NCBI GenBank assembly: GCA_036260395.1
Contig: DASZZY010000011.1
Coordinates: 1 to 50,146, forward strand
Direction: 5' to 3'
Length of the DNA: 50,146 nucleotides
Source: Actinomycetota bacterium
GTDB taxonomy: Bacteria > Actinomycetota > UBA4738 > CALAEC01
This document shows positions 1 to 8,474 of this stretch, one piece after another. Every line of letters begins with the position of its first letter. The first letter of the stretch is position 1. The notes under the pieces were generated by a model that made no database searches, was not told the DNA's origin, and was given only the letters and a program-made list of their open reading frames with translations. The translations under genes and the position numbers were made by a program.

Positions 1-98
1 CGGACGATCTCGGTCGACTCCCGCGAGGGCGCGTAGGCGAACGGCGTCCGCTCGGCGAGCGTGCGCTCGGGGCGCTCGAGGTCGCCGCGCTCGCCCAT
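1..98 (-). CDS. First 32 codons of a CDS that runs off the left edge (possibly aldehyde dehydrogenase)
   Basis: The ATG at 98..96 shares one base with the deoC stop (TGATG on the minus strand). It translates to MGERGDLERPERTLAERTPFAYAPSRESTEIV-. The product guess rests only on my recollection that actinobacterial aldehyde dehydrogenases next to deoC start with an F-x-YAP..ES-like motif. Confidence 0.3.
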   Translation of the reverse strand, partial: MGERGDLERPERTLAERTPFAYAPSRESTEIV

Positions 99-1057
99 CA
101 GTCCACCGTGAAGTAGTCCGGCCCTTGGTACCGCCCGTCGCGCTCCTTGCGGACCTGCATCAGCAGGTCGTTGAGCAGCGTCGACGCGCCGATCCGGAAC
201 CGGTCCGGCGTCAACCAGTCGGGCCCGAGCGTCTCGTGGAGGATCACCAGGTACGTCCACGCCTCCTTGGCCTTGCGGATCCCCCCGGCCACCTTGATCC
301 CCACCGGCCGCCCGGTCTGGTGGAGGAAGTCGCGGGCCGCCTCCATCATGCAGAGCGCCGAGGGGAAGCTGGCGCTCGCGGAGATCTTCCCGGTGGAGGT
401 CTTGATGAAATCGGCGCCGGCGGCCATCGAGAGCATGCTGGCCTTCCGGACCTGGTCGTAGGAGCCGAGCTCGCCGACCTCCAGGATCACCTTCAGGTGG
501 GCGGTGCCGGCGGCCTCCTTCGAGGCGGTGATCTCCTCGAAGACCTTGGCGTACCGCCCGGCGAGGAACGCCGAGCGGTTGAGGACGATGTCGATCTCGT
601 CGGCCCCCCACCGGACGGCCTGGCGGATCTCCTCCAGCCGCGGCTCGAGCGGCGAGAGCCCGGAGGGGAACGCGCCGGCCACGCTGGCCACCTTGACGCC
701 GGTGCCCCGGAGCCGCTCGGCGGCCACCGGGACCAGCTGGGGGTAGACGACCACGGCCGCCACGGACGGGATCGTGGGGTCGGTGGGGTCGGGCCGGACG
801 GCCTTGGAGCAGACGGCGGTCACCTTCCCCGGGGTGTCGGCGCCCTCCAGCGTCGTGAGGTCGGCGCACCGGATCGCGAGGTCGAGGGCGAACAGCTTCG
901 ACTCCCGCTTGATCGACCGGGTGGCCAGCGACGCGGCCCGCTCCTCGAGCCCCACGGCGTCGACCGGCGTCACCCGGATCGCCGCGGCCTGCGAGGCCGC
1001 CGGGCCCCACGGGGACTCGGGGACGTGCTCGCTGGTCTGGGCCGGAACGTTCGCCAT
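98..1057 (-). CDS. deoC: Deoxyribose-phosphate aldolase (long actinobacterial form)
   Basis: This is the C-terminal 320 aa of the 375-aa ORF 98..1225. It shows DERA-like blocks: GADEIDIVLN, LKVILEVGEL, ADFIKTSTGK (Schiff-base Lys context) and GIKVAGGIR. I set the start at ATG 1057 (MANVPAQ...). The longer ORF head is Gly/Arg-rich and would overlap the divergent lipoprotein gene. Confidence 0.85.
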   Translation of the reverse strand: MANVPAQTSEHVPESPWGPAASQAAAIRVTPVDAVGLEERAASLATRSIKRESKLFALDLAIRCADLTTLEGADTPGKVTAVCSKAVRPDPTDPTIPSVAAVVVYPQLVPVAAERLRGTGVKVASVAGAFPSGLSPLEPRLEEIRQAVRWGADEIDIVLNRSAFLAGRYAKVFEEITASKEAAGTAHLKVILEVGELGSYDQVRKASMLSMAAGADFIKTSTGKISASASFPSALCMMEAARDFLHQTGRPVGIKVAGGIRKAKEAWTYLVILHETLGPDWLTPDRFRIGASTLLNDLLMQVRKERDGRYQGPDYFTVD

Positions 1058-1188
1058 GCGGCCTCCTCGGCCTCTTGCGGGGGTACCCATGATACCGCCT
1101 GCCCCCGCCCTCCCCGCCGCGGTCCCGAAGCGGTTTGACAGCCGCGCCCAGGACCGGAAGCATGGGCCGTCTGCCACGAGGAGGCCAC

Positions 1189-1485
1189 ATGTCCCGATCG
1201 ACCATCCGTGCCGGCCTGGCCGCATCCGCCGTCGCGGCTCTGCTCGCCGGCTGCACGTTCAGCGCCACGCTCGGCACCGAGGACCTCGAGGCGCAGATCC
1301 GCGAGGAGCTCCAGCGGCAGACCGGCGTCGTGGCCAGCTCCGTCGAATGCCCGGACGACGTGCCGGCGGAGGTCGGGACGACGTTCACCTGCACCGCCAG
1401 GGCCGACGACGGGAGCCAGGCGACGATCACGGCGACGGTCGAGGAGGGCGCCAACATCCGGTGGGAAGTGACCAGCACGAGCTGA
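1189..1485 (+). CDS. Small lipoprotein, DUF4333-like
   Basis: ATG at 1189. The signal peptide carries the lipobox LLAGC. The mature part has the two-Cys pattern VECPDD...TFTCTA typical of DUF4333 lipoproteins as I recall them. Confidence 0.6.
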   Translation: MSRSTIRAGLAASAVAALLAGCTFSATLGTEDLEAQIREELQRQTGVVASSVECPDDVPAEVGTTFTCTARADDGSQATITATVEEGANIRWEVTSTS

Positions 1486-1529
1486 CGTTCGGCCCAGGCG
1501 TCCCCCGCCAGACCGAGCGGCGGCGGCTC

Positions 1530-1979
1530 GTGCGGGGTGCGGTGGCCCTGGCGCTCGTGGCGGCGACTGCCTGCGGCGGCGGGACGGTGGACGGTCCGGC
1601 GCGCCGGCCGTCGCCCCGTGCGGCGCCGACCACGGCCCAGCCGCAGCCCGGACCGACGCAGCCCGAACCCGGCCCGGCGCGGTGCGTGGACCGCACCGTG
1701 GGCCCGGCCGTCGTCAGGCTGCGACAGGTCGACGATGCCTTCCAGCCGCCGTGCCTCATCGTCCTCGGGGGACAGTTCCTGCGGATCACGAACGCCGGGA
1801 CGAAGACCCACAACTTCAGCGTCGAGGGGACGGACGTCGACGTGGACATCGACTCGTCCTCCCACCTCACGACGGAGGCGGTCGGCGAGCTGGCGCCGGA
1901 GGGCGAGGCCACGTTCTTCTGCAAGTACCACCGGGACCTGGGGATGGAGGGCCGGCTCCGGGTGACGGTAGCCGGCTGA
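1530..1979 (+). CDS. Cupredoxin (plastocyanin/azurin-like type-1 copper) lipoprotein
   Basis: This is the tail of ORF 774..1979. GTG 1530 is the only in-frame start before the signal/lipobox LVAATACGG. The T1Cu ligand pattern is present: H in THNFSV, then C-x2-H-x4-M in FFCKYHRDLGM. Confidence 0.7.
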   Translation: MRGAVALALVAATACGGGTVDGPARRPSPRAAPTTAQPQPGPTQPEPGPARCVDRTVGPAVVRLRQVDDAFQPPCLIVLGGQFLRITNAGTKTHNFSVEGTDVDVDIDSSSHLTTEAVGELAPEGEATFFCKYHRDLGMEGRLRVTVAG

Positions 1980-1982
1980 CGC

Positions 1983-2864
1983 TCAGTAGCCGAGGCGGGC
2001 CAGGGCCGCGGGATCGCGCTGCCACTCCCGCTGGACCTTGACCCGGAGGTCGAGGTAGACGCGCTCCCCCAGCAGGAACTGGATCTCCTCCCGGGCCAGC
2101 GTCCCGATCCGCTTCAGCATCTGGCCGCCCTTCCCGATCACGATCCCCTTCTGGGAGTCGCGCTCGACGAGGAGCACGGCGTCGATCCGGACCAGGCCGC
2201 GGTCGTCGTCCCGCTCCATCTCCTCCACCTGGACCGCCACGGAATGGGGGACCTCCTCCCGGGTGGCCTGGAGGGCCTTCTCGCGGACGATCTCGGCGAC
2301 CCGGAACTCGACGGGCTGGTCGGTCACGTCTCCCTCGGGGTAGTAGAGCGGCCCCTCCGGCATCGCCCCCTCCAGGACCGCCACGAGCTCGTCCATGTTG
2401 CGGCCGATCCGCGCCGAGACCGGGACGACGTGGTCGTACCGCGCCAGCCGAGAGGCCGCCTCGAGCTGGGGGATGAGCGGGTCGGGCTTCACCAGATCGA
2501 TCTTGTTGACGGCACAGACCTTCAGCCCTGGCCGGCCGGCCACCTGCGTGCGGGCCACGTACTCGTCCCCCCGCCCCACGCCGGCCGCGGCATCGACCAC
2601 GTGGAGGACGGCGTCGACGCCCTCCACGCTGTCGGCGACGATCTCGTTCAGCCGGCGGCCGAGCAGCGTCCGCGGCTTGTGGAAGCCCGGCGTGTCGGTG
2701 AACACGACCTGCACCTCGTCGGTGGTGCGCACCCCGTGGATCCGCGCCCGCGTGGTCTGCGGCTTGTCGGTGACAATCGAGACCTTCTCCCCGACCAGGG
2801 CGTTCACCAGCGTCGACTTCCCGACGTTGGGCCGGCCGACCACCGCGACGAACCCCGACCGCAC
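1983..2864 (-). CDS. era: GTPase Era
   Basis: 293-aa ORF with the G1 motif GRPNVGKS, DTPG and NKID, plus a C-terminal KH-domain block (VERDSQKGIVIGKGGQMLK). Confidence 0.95.
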   Translation of the reverse strand: MRSGFVAVVGRPNVGKSTLVNALVGEKVSIVTDKPQTTRARIHGVRTTDEVQVVFTDTPGFHKPRTLLGRRLNEIVADSVEGVDAVLHVVDAAAGVGRGDEYVARTQVAGRPGLKVCAVNKIDLVKPDPLIPQLEAASRLARYDHVVPVSARIGRNMDELVAVLEGAMPEGPLYYPEGDVTDQPVEFRVAEIVREKALQATREEVPHSVAVQVEEMERDDDRGLVRIDAVLLVERDSQKGIVIGKGGQMLKRIGTLAREEIQFLLGERVYLDLRVKVQREWQRDPAALARLGY

Positions 2865-2870
2865 GGGCTG

Positions 2871-3284
2871 CTACCCCGCCAGGTCGTCCGGCCCGAACGC
2901 GTCGGGCAGCAGGTCCCCGAGGGCCCTCTCCTCGCGCCGACCGTCGGACCCTTCGGCGACGACCAGCATGCCCGGGCCGAACTCGTGGAGCACCTGGCGG
3001 CACCCGCCGCAGGGCCACGCCACCCCGGGACCCGAGGTGGTGACGGCCACCGCCACCAGCCGCCGGGCCCCCTCGAAGGCCGCCCGCTGCACGGCGCCAC
3101 GCTCGGCACACACCGATAGCGGGTACGAGGCGTTCTCCATGTTGGCCGACGGCACGATCCGGCCGTCGTCGGCGAGCACGGCGGCCCCGACGTGGTACCG
3201 GCTGTAGGGCGCGTACGCCCGGTCCCGGGCCTCCCGGGCGGCGGCCAGCAGGGCCGCGAGCTGGTCCTCGGGGGGCCTATTCAG
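2871..3284 (-). CDS. cdd: Cytidine deaminase; 5' end uncertain because no canonical start precedes the conserved N-terminus
   Basis: Zinc motifs CAERGA and PCGGCRQV are present. The conserved N-terminal block AYAPYSRYHVGAAVLADDG lies upstream of the first ATG/GTG/TTG (GTG 3179). The frame is open up to a CTG at 3284..3282. Confidence 0.8.
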   Translation of the reverse strand: MNRPPEDQLAALLAAAREARDRAYAPYSRYHVGAAVLADDGRIVPSANMENASYPLSVCAERGAVQRAAFEGARRLVAVAVTTSGPGVAWPCGGCRQVLHEFGPGMLVVAEGSDGRREERALGDLLPDAFGPDDLAG

Positions 3285-4557
3285 GCGAGGCCTCCACCCG
3301 CGACCCGGAGTCCACCCGCTCCACGAGCACCTGCGAGATCCGGCGGCCCTGCACGCGCTCGGCGGTGAACCGGAGGTCGCCGAACTCGACGGCCTCCCCC
3401 TGCCTCGGCACCCGGCCCAGGATCCCGAGCATCAGCCCGCCCACGGTGTCCCATTCGGTGTCCGGCAGCTTGACCTCCAGCAGATCGTTGACGTCGTCGA
3501 CCGAGACCTTGGCGTTGAGGCGATACCGGTCGTCCCCCACCGGCTTGACGTTCGGCTCGGCGCGGTCGAACTCGTCCTCGATCTCGCCCACGATCTCCTC
3601 GATGAGGTCCTCGAGCGTGACGAGCCCGGCCACCGACCCGTACTCGTCCACCACGATCGCCAGGTGCAGGCGCTCGCGCTGCATGTCGCGGAGGAGGTCG
3701 GCGACCTTCTTCGACTCGGGGACGAAGTAGGGCTTGCGGGCGATGTCCTTGGTCTTCCTGTCCCTGCCGTTCTTGGACGTCCGGAGGGACCTGAGGACGT
3801 CCTTGGCGTAGACCACCCCGACGATCTCGTCGAGGCTGTCCTTGAACACCGGGATCCGCGAGTAGCCGTGCTCGATCACCATCGCCGCCACCCGGTCGAG
3901 CGGCTCCAAGACGTCGACGGCGGCGATGTCCGGGCGGGGGACCATCACCTCGCGGACCACGGTGTCGCCGAACTCGAAGATCGAGTGGATGAGCTCCTTC
4001 TCCTCCTCCTCGATCTCCTCCTCCTCGGCGGCGGTCTCCGCCATCTGCTTGATCTCCTGCTCGGTGACGAATGGCCCCTCGGGGAGGCCCTTCCCCGGGG
4101 CCAGCACGTTGGCCACCGTGATCAGCGCCTGGGCGACCGGCCCGAGCATCCGGCCCAGCGCCACGATGACCGGCGCGAGGCGGAGCCCGACCCGATCGGT
4201 GTGCTGGACGGAGAAGGTCTTGGGCGTCACCTCCGCCAGCACGAACAGGAGCACGGTCATCGACACGGTGGCCACCAGCTCCCCGAGGCCGCCGACGACC
4301 CGCACCGCGACCACCGTGGCGATCGTCGTGCCGCCCAGGTGCATCAGCAGCGTGAGCAGGAGGATGACGTTCAGGTAGCGGGCCGGGTCCTCCGAGATCC
4401 GGACCAGCGAGCCGGCGCCGCGCCGTCCCTCCTCCTGGAGGCGGTAGGCCCGGATCCGGCTGATGCGGGTGATGGCCACCTCCGACGCGGCCATGACCCC
4501 GGCCAGCGCGATGAGGAGGGCGACGGCGGCGACGGCGGCCCAGTCTCCGCCCGTCAC
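3277..4557 (-). CDS. CNNM/hemolysin-family membrane protein (DUF21 + CBS pair + CorC_HlyC domain)
   Basis: ORF 3277..4623. It has N-terminal transmembrane helices, a CBS-pair region (VMVPRPDI...IPVF...) and a C-terminal transporter-associated block (FTAERVQGRRISQVLVE). The start is set at GTG 4557, which forms a GTGA overlap with the ybeY stop. Confidence 0.85.
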   Translation of the reverse strand: MTGGDWAAVAAVALLIALAGVMAASEVAITRISRIRAYRLQEEGRRGAGSLVRISEDPARYLNVILLLTLLMHLGGTTIATVVAVRVVGGLGELVATVSMTVLLFVLAEVTPKTFSVQHTDRVGLRLAPVIVALGRMLGPVAQALITVANVLAPGKGLPEGPFVTEQEIKQMAETAAEEEEIEEEEKELIHSIFEFGDTVVREVMVPRPDIAAVDVLEPLDRVAAMVIEHGYSRIPVFKDSLDEIVGVVYAKDVLRSLRTSKNGRDRKTKDIARKPYFVPESKKVADLLRDMQRERLHLAIVVDEYGSVAGLVTLEDLIEEIVGEIEDEFDRAEPNVKPVGDDRYRLNAKVSVDDVNDLLEVKLPDTEWDTVGGLMLGILGRVPRQGEAVEFGDLRFTAERVQGRRISQVLVERVDSGSRVEASPE

Positions 4558-5009
4558 GCCGACGCCTCGCGCGAGCCGTCGTCCGCCAGCGCGACGCCGG
4601 AGTACGCCTCCTGCCGCTCCCACATCCGGCGCCGGTCCTCGGGCTCCTCGTGGTCGTAGCCCAGAAGGTGCAGGGTCCCGTGGACCACCAGGAGCCCGAG
4701 CTCCCGGTGGAGATCGGTGGCCTGGCGCGCCGCCACGTCCGGACAGATCACCACGTCGCCCAGGAGTCGGCCGGGGCCCTCCTCGTCCTGGGGGAACGAC
4801 AGCACGTCGGTCGGGCCGGGCTCGCCGAGATAGGTCTCGTGGAGGCGGGCCATCTCGTCCTCGGACACGAGCGATACGGAGAGCTCGACGTCCGCGGCAC
4901 CCTCCGCAACGAGCGCCCGGCGCGCCAGCTCGACGAGGGCCGTGCCGTCCACCGCGCGACCCTGCCGGTCGGATAGGGCGACGGTGGGACTATCCCCCTC
5001 GTCGCTCAT
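4554..5009 (-). CDS. ybeY: rRNA maturation endoribonuclease YbeY
   Basis: 151 aa with the zinc motif HGTLHLLGYDH. It sits between phoH and the CNNM gene, which is the canonical synteny. Confidence 0.92.
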   Translation of the reverse strand: MSDEGDSPTVALSDRQGRAVDGTALVELARRALVAEGAADVELSVSLVSEDEMARLHETYLGEPGPTDVLSFPQDEEGPGRLLGDVVICPDVAARQATDLHRELGLLVVHGTLHLLGYDHEEPEDRRRMWERQEAYSGVALADDGSREASA

Positions 5010-5997
5010 CGCCGTTCGCGGAGCCCTCGCGCCCGCCCTGCCGCTCGCCGAACCGCCGGTAGGCCTCGACGATGTCCTGGACGATCCGGTGCCGGACGAC
5101 GTCCCGGGCCCCGAGGTGCACGAACTCGATCCCCTCGATACCCTTGAGGATCTCCTCGACCACGACGAGACCCGAAGCCTGCCCAGACGCGAGGTCGATC
5201 TGGGTCACGTCGCCGTTGATCACGGCGCGGGAGCCGAACCCGAGGCGGGTCAGGAACATCTTCATCTGCTCCGGCGAGGTGTTCTGGGCCTCGTCGAGGA
5301 TGATGAACGAGTCGTTGAGCGTGCGTCCCCTGAGGAAGGCGAGGGGGGCCACCTCGATCGTCCCTCGCTCCATCAGGCGGGCGAACGCCTCGGCGTCCAT
5401 CATCTCGTAGAGCGCGTCGTACAGCGGCTTCAGGTAGGGGTCGATCTTCTCGAAGAGCGTGCCGGGGAGGAACCCGAGCCTCTCCCCGGCCTCCACGGCC
5501 GGACGGGTGAGGATGATCCGCGACACCTCCCGCTCCTGGAGGGCGCGGACCGCCGTGGCCACCGCCAGGTAGGTCTTCCCGGTCCCCGCGGGGCCGATCG
5601 AGAACGTCAGCGTGGCCCGGCGGATGGCGTCGACGTACCGCTTCTGGCCGAACGTCTTGGGCGCGATCGACTTGCCCCGCGACGTCAGCAGGACGTCGCT
5701 CATGACGTCCGACGGTCGGACGCCGTCCCGCTTGATCATGTCGATGGTGTGGCCGACGGCGTTCGGCGTGAGGACCTGGCCCCGGTCGAGGAGGGTCAGC
5801 AGCTCCTCGAACAGGACCGCGACGGCCTCTGCCTCCTCGGTCTCGCCGGTGATCGTGATCTCGTTGCCGCGGACGACGATGTGGGTGTCGAACGCCGCTT
5901 CGACGACCTTCAGGAGCTCGTCCCGCTGCCCGACGAGGGCGACCATCGTGTGGTTGCCGGGAACCAGGATCTTGACTTGCGTGGTGGCCTTGGCCAA
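4990..5997 (-). CDS. phoH: PhoH-family ATPase
   Basis: 335 aa with Walker A GPAGTGKT and a Walker B-like IILDEAQN. The start is TTG, preceded by GAGGAAG. Confidence 0.92.
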   Translation of the reverse strand: MAKATTQVKILVPGNHTMVALVGQRDELLKVVEAAFDTHIVVRGNEITITGETEEAEAVAVLFEELLTLLDRGQVLTPNAVGHTIDMIKRDGVRPSDVMSDVLLTSRGKSIAPKTFGQKRYVDAIRRATLTFSIGPAGTGKTYLAVATAVRALQEREVSRIILTRPAVEAGERLGFLPGTLFEKIDPYLKPLYDALYEMMDAEAFARLMERGTIEVAPLAFLRGRTLNDSFIILDEAQNTSPEQMKMFLTRLGFGSRAVINGDVTQIDLASGQASGLVVVEEILKGIEGIEFVHLGARDVVRHRIVQDIVEAYRRFGERQGGREGSANGDERRGG

Positions 5998-6061
5998 CTG
6001 CTTCCTCGGGGTGGTCTCCCCTGTTGCGAACGGGGCCGCACGCGCGACCCCGACCGAACCG

Positions 6062-6090
6062 ATTATACGGCGCGGGGCGGCCGCGTCCCA
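6062..6090 (-). promoter_or_regulatory. Candidate promoter of the phoH-ybeY-CNNM-cdd-era operon
   Basis: On the minus strand there is a perfect TATAAT (6067..6062). A weak -35-like TGGGAC (6090..6085) lies 17 nt upstream. The site is immediately downstream of the HIT stop and about 65 nt upstream of the phoH TTG. Confidence 0.35.
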
Positions 6091-6105
6091 CGGGCCGCCG
6101 CGGCG

Positions 6106-6450
6106 CTATCCCGGTGGCCAGCCCATCGGACGGCCGCCCAGCAGGTGGAAGTGGAGGTGGTGGACGCTCTGGCCGGCGTTGGTCCCCACGTTGGTCACCA
6201 GCCGCCAGCCGGTCCTGTCGACGCCCTCCGCCCTGGCCAGGTGGGCGGCGGCCTGGAAGATCTCGCTCAGGATCTCGGCGTTGCGGTCGCGGAGCACGCG
6301 GGCCGACTCGATGTGCTCCTTCGGGATGATCAGGATGTGGGTGGGCGCCTGCGGGTTGATGTCCCGGAACGCCACCACGTTGTCCGAGGAGTGAACCACG
6401 TCGGCCGACTGCTCCCCCGTGGCGATCCTGCAGAACAGGCATTCGTCCAT
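6106..6450 (-). CDS. HIT-family (histidine triad) nucleotide hydrolase
   Basis: 114 aa with the histidine triad HHLHFHLLGG and an N-terminal CLFC. Confidence 0.9.
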   Translation of the reverse strand: MDECLFCRIATGEQSADVVHSSDNVVAFRDINPQAPTHILIIPKEHIESARVLRDRNAEILSEIFQAAAHLARAEGVDRTGWRLVTNVGTNAGQSVHHLHFHLLGGRPMGWPPG

Positions 6451-6510
6451 GTCGGGCTCCTTCCCCAGGCGGGTCCCTCCGATGCTACCGCCGCCGCGGA
6501 CGGTGGCAGG

Positions 6511-7695
6511 CTACTCGCAGTTCGTGACGTGCTCCGCGACGCAGGCGTCGGCCCCGCCGCCGCCGTCGGCCACGTCCTCGCCGCCCCGGCCCTTCAGCGA
6601 GTCGTTCCCCAGGTCGCCGAACAGCACGTTCGGCCCGGCGTCGCCGACCAGGTGATCACCGAAGAGCGACCCGAACAGCCACTCGATGCCCAACAGTACG
6701 TCGTTCCCCTGGCCGGTCGCCGTGCCCCGATCGAGGTTCGCCGTCACCGCCTGCTTCGCCGACGTGAAGATCGCCACGTCGCTTCCCGGCCCTCCGCGGA
6801 GGTGGTCCGCGCCCTTCCCGCCGGCGAGCTCGTCGTCCTTCTTGCCCCCCTTGAACGTGTCGGGCCCGCCCTGGCCGATCAGCTCGTCGGTGCCCCCCGA
6901 GCCGACGAGGTGGTCGCCACCGCTCCCGCCGCGCAGGGTGTCGGCTCCGCCGCCGCCCCGAAGCGTGTCGTCGTCGGCGCTCCCGGCCAGCTCGTCGCCT
7001 CCGCCCTTCCCGACGAGGACGTCGGCGCCCTTCCCGCCGCAGATGACGTCGTCGCCGTCGCCGCCCTCGATCGTGTCTTTGCCGCGCCGGCCCAGGATCA
7101 CGTCGTCGCCCGCGGTGCCCTCCAGGACGTCCTTCCCCGCCCCGCCGAGCAGCGTGGCCTGCTGCCCGCGGCACGTGGGCGGGATCGGCCCCGGCGAGGT
7201 GAAGCAATCACCGGCGTGGATCTCCTTGCCCATGAGGATGAGCGTGGCGGGCTTCCCGTCGATCTGCGCCGACAGGTGGAGGTGGGGCGATGTCGACTGC
7301 CCGGTGCTCCCCACGCGGCCGATGAGGTCGCCGGCCTCGACCGGTCCGGTCTCCCCGAACGAGTCGAGATGGGCCATGTGGATCCGCTCGGCGCCGTCGT
7401 AGCGCGTCCAGATGATGGAGTTGCCCCAGCCCCCGCCCCATCCCTCGGAGTGGATCTCCACCTCGCCGGCGTTCGGCGCGTAGATCGGCCACAGGAAGTC
7501 CGTGGGCGAGCCGATGTCGAGGGCGGGCCCGAAGCCCGACAGGGTCCCGTGGTTCGGGTGGGTGCTCGCGCACCACGCGTTCCCCTCCGCGAAGACGTCG
7601 CCGCCGGCCGCGCCGGCCTGCGCCGACGGCAGCACCACCACCGCCAGGGCGGCAGCCACGGCGAAGAGGCGACGAGCCAGAGGGGGATTCGGCAT
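6511..7695 (-). CDS. Secreted M23/LytM-like metallopeptidase fused to RTX (hemolysin-type Ca-binding) repeats
   Basis: 394 aa. The N-terminal signal is ARRLFAVAAALAVVVLPSAQA. The M23 signature is GRVGSTGQSTSPHLHLS. About 15 GGxGxDxL-type nonapeptides follow (GGAGKDVLEG, GGDGDDVICGGKGADVLVG, ...). Confidence 0.75.
   Translation of the reverse strand: MPNPPLARRLFAVAAALAVVVLPSAQAGAAGGDVFAEGNAWCASTHPNHGTLSGFGPALDIGSPTDFLWPIYAPNAGEVEIHSEGWGGGWGNSIIWTRYDGAERIHMAHLDSFGETGPVEAGDLIGRVGSTGQSTSPHLHLSAQIDGKPATLILMGKEIHAGDCFTSPGPIPPTCRGQQATLLGGAGKDVLEGTAGDDVILGRRGKDTIEGGDGDDVICGGKGADVLVGKGGGDELAGSADDDTLRGGGGADTLRGGSGGDHLVGSGGTDELIGQGGPDTFKGGKKDDELAGGKGADHLRGGPGSDVAIFTSAKQAVTANLDRGTATGQGNDVLLGIEWLFGSLFGDHLVGDAGPNVLFGDLGNDSLKGRGGEDVADGGGGADACVAEHVTNCE
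6541..7149 (-). repeat. Coding tandem nonapeptide (RTX beta-roll) repeats inside the M23 fusion protein
   Basis: Residues ~183-308 and ~345-385 consist of G-G-x-G-x-D-x-hydrophobic-x units. The repeats are degenerate at the DNA level. Confidence 0.7.
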
Positions 7696-7739
7696 GGGGG
7701 TCCGAGGCTATCAGGGAACCCCGAGGCCGCAAAGGTGCG

Positions 7740-8474
7740 TCAGCCGAGGCGGCCGTACCTCGCCAGGACCAGCGCCGCTCCGACGACCGCGGCCGTCTCC
7801 GTGCGCAGGATCTGCGGCCCCAGGCCGGCCAGCACCGCCCCCCGGCGCTCGGCGGCCCCGGCGTCCTCCTCGGGGATCCCGCCCTCCGGCCCGACGGCCA
7901 CCGCGAGGGCCGCCGGCGCCTCCTCCGGCAGCGTGTCGGCCAGCCGGCGCTCCGCCCGCTCCCACAGGACGACGGCGGGCCCGCGGGCCAGGGCGTCGTC
8001 CAGCGCTTCGTCCCACGGCCGGGGCCCGACGACGCCCGGGAGGTGCCGGCGGCGCGACTGCTTGGCGGCCTCGCGGGCCACCGCCTCCAGGCGGCCCCGT
8101 GCCCGCCCCGCGCGCTCGGGGTCCCACCGCCGGACGCTTCGGGAGGCCTCGACCACCACGATCTCGTCGGCGCCCACCTCGGACAGCTTCTGCACGGCCC
8201 AGGTGAGCCGGTCGCCCTTCGGCGCGGACAGCAGCACCGACAGCGACGGCCGCGGGGGCGGCTCCACGATGCGGTCGAGGACCTCTCCCTCCACCAGGAG
8301 GCCCGTGGCCCGGACGACCCGGCACCGGGCCACCGCGCCCCGGCCGTCGGACGACGTGAACCCGTCCCCGGGCCGCAGCCGCAGGGCCCGGAGCGCGTGA
8401 TGGGCGTCCTCGGCCTCGAGCGTGACGGTCCCGCCGGGCTCGGGCGCGCCGGCGAAGAAGTGCGGCAGCCTCAC
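7740..8474 (-). CDS. rsmE: 16S rRNA (uracil1498-N3)-methyltransferase
   Basis: This is the C-terminal 244 aa of ORF 7740..9152 (VRLPHFFAG...LSAPKGDRL...GPEGGIPEEE-like...LGPQILRTETA). GTG 8474 forms a GTGA overlap with the dnaJ stop. The ORF head overlaps dnaJ out of frame. Confidence 0.88.
   Translation of the reverse strand: MRLPHFFAGAPEPGGTVTLEAEDAHHALRALRLRPGDGFTSSDGRGAVARCRVVRATGLLVEGEVLDRIVEPPPRPSLSVLLSAPKGDRLTWAVQKLSEVGADEIVVVEASRSVRRWDPERAGRARGRLEAVAREAAKQSRRRHLPGVVGPRPWDEALDDALARGPAVVLWERAERRLADTLPEEAPAALAVAVGPEGGIPEEDAGAAERRGAVLAGLGPQILRTETAAVVGAALVLARYGRLG

Noticed and set aside
6541-7149. A periodic repeat region that could be mistaken for a CRISPR-like or tandem DNA repeat array.
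   Set aside because: The periodicity is 27 nt and lies within a single open reading frame encoding GGxGxD nonapeptides. The repeats are degenerate at the DNA level and there are no unique spacers.
4942-8400. An 1152-aa plus-strand ORF, and similar very long ORFs (for example 15917..18718 +, 8525..10645 +, 21650..23725 +, 5006..6442 -).
   Set aside because: Their translations are Arg/Pro/Gly/Ala-rich and low-complexity, with no motifs. They lie antisense or out of frame to genes with clear homology-type motifs. These are typical stop-codon-poor shadow ORFs of very GC-rich DNA.
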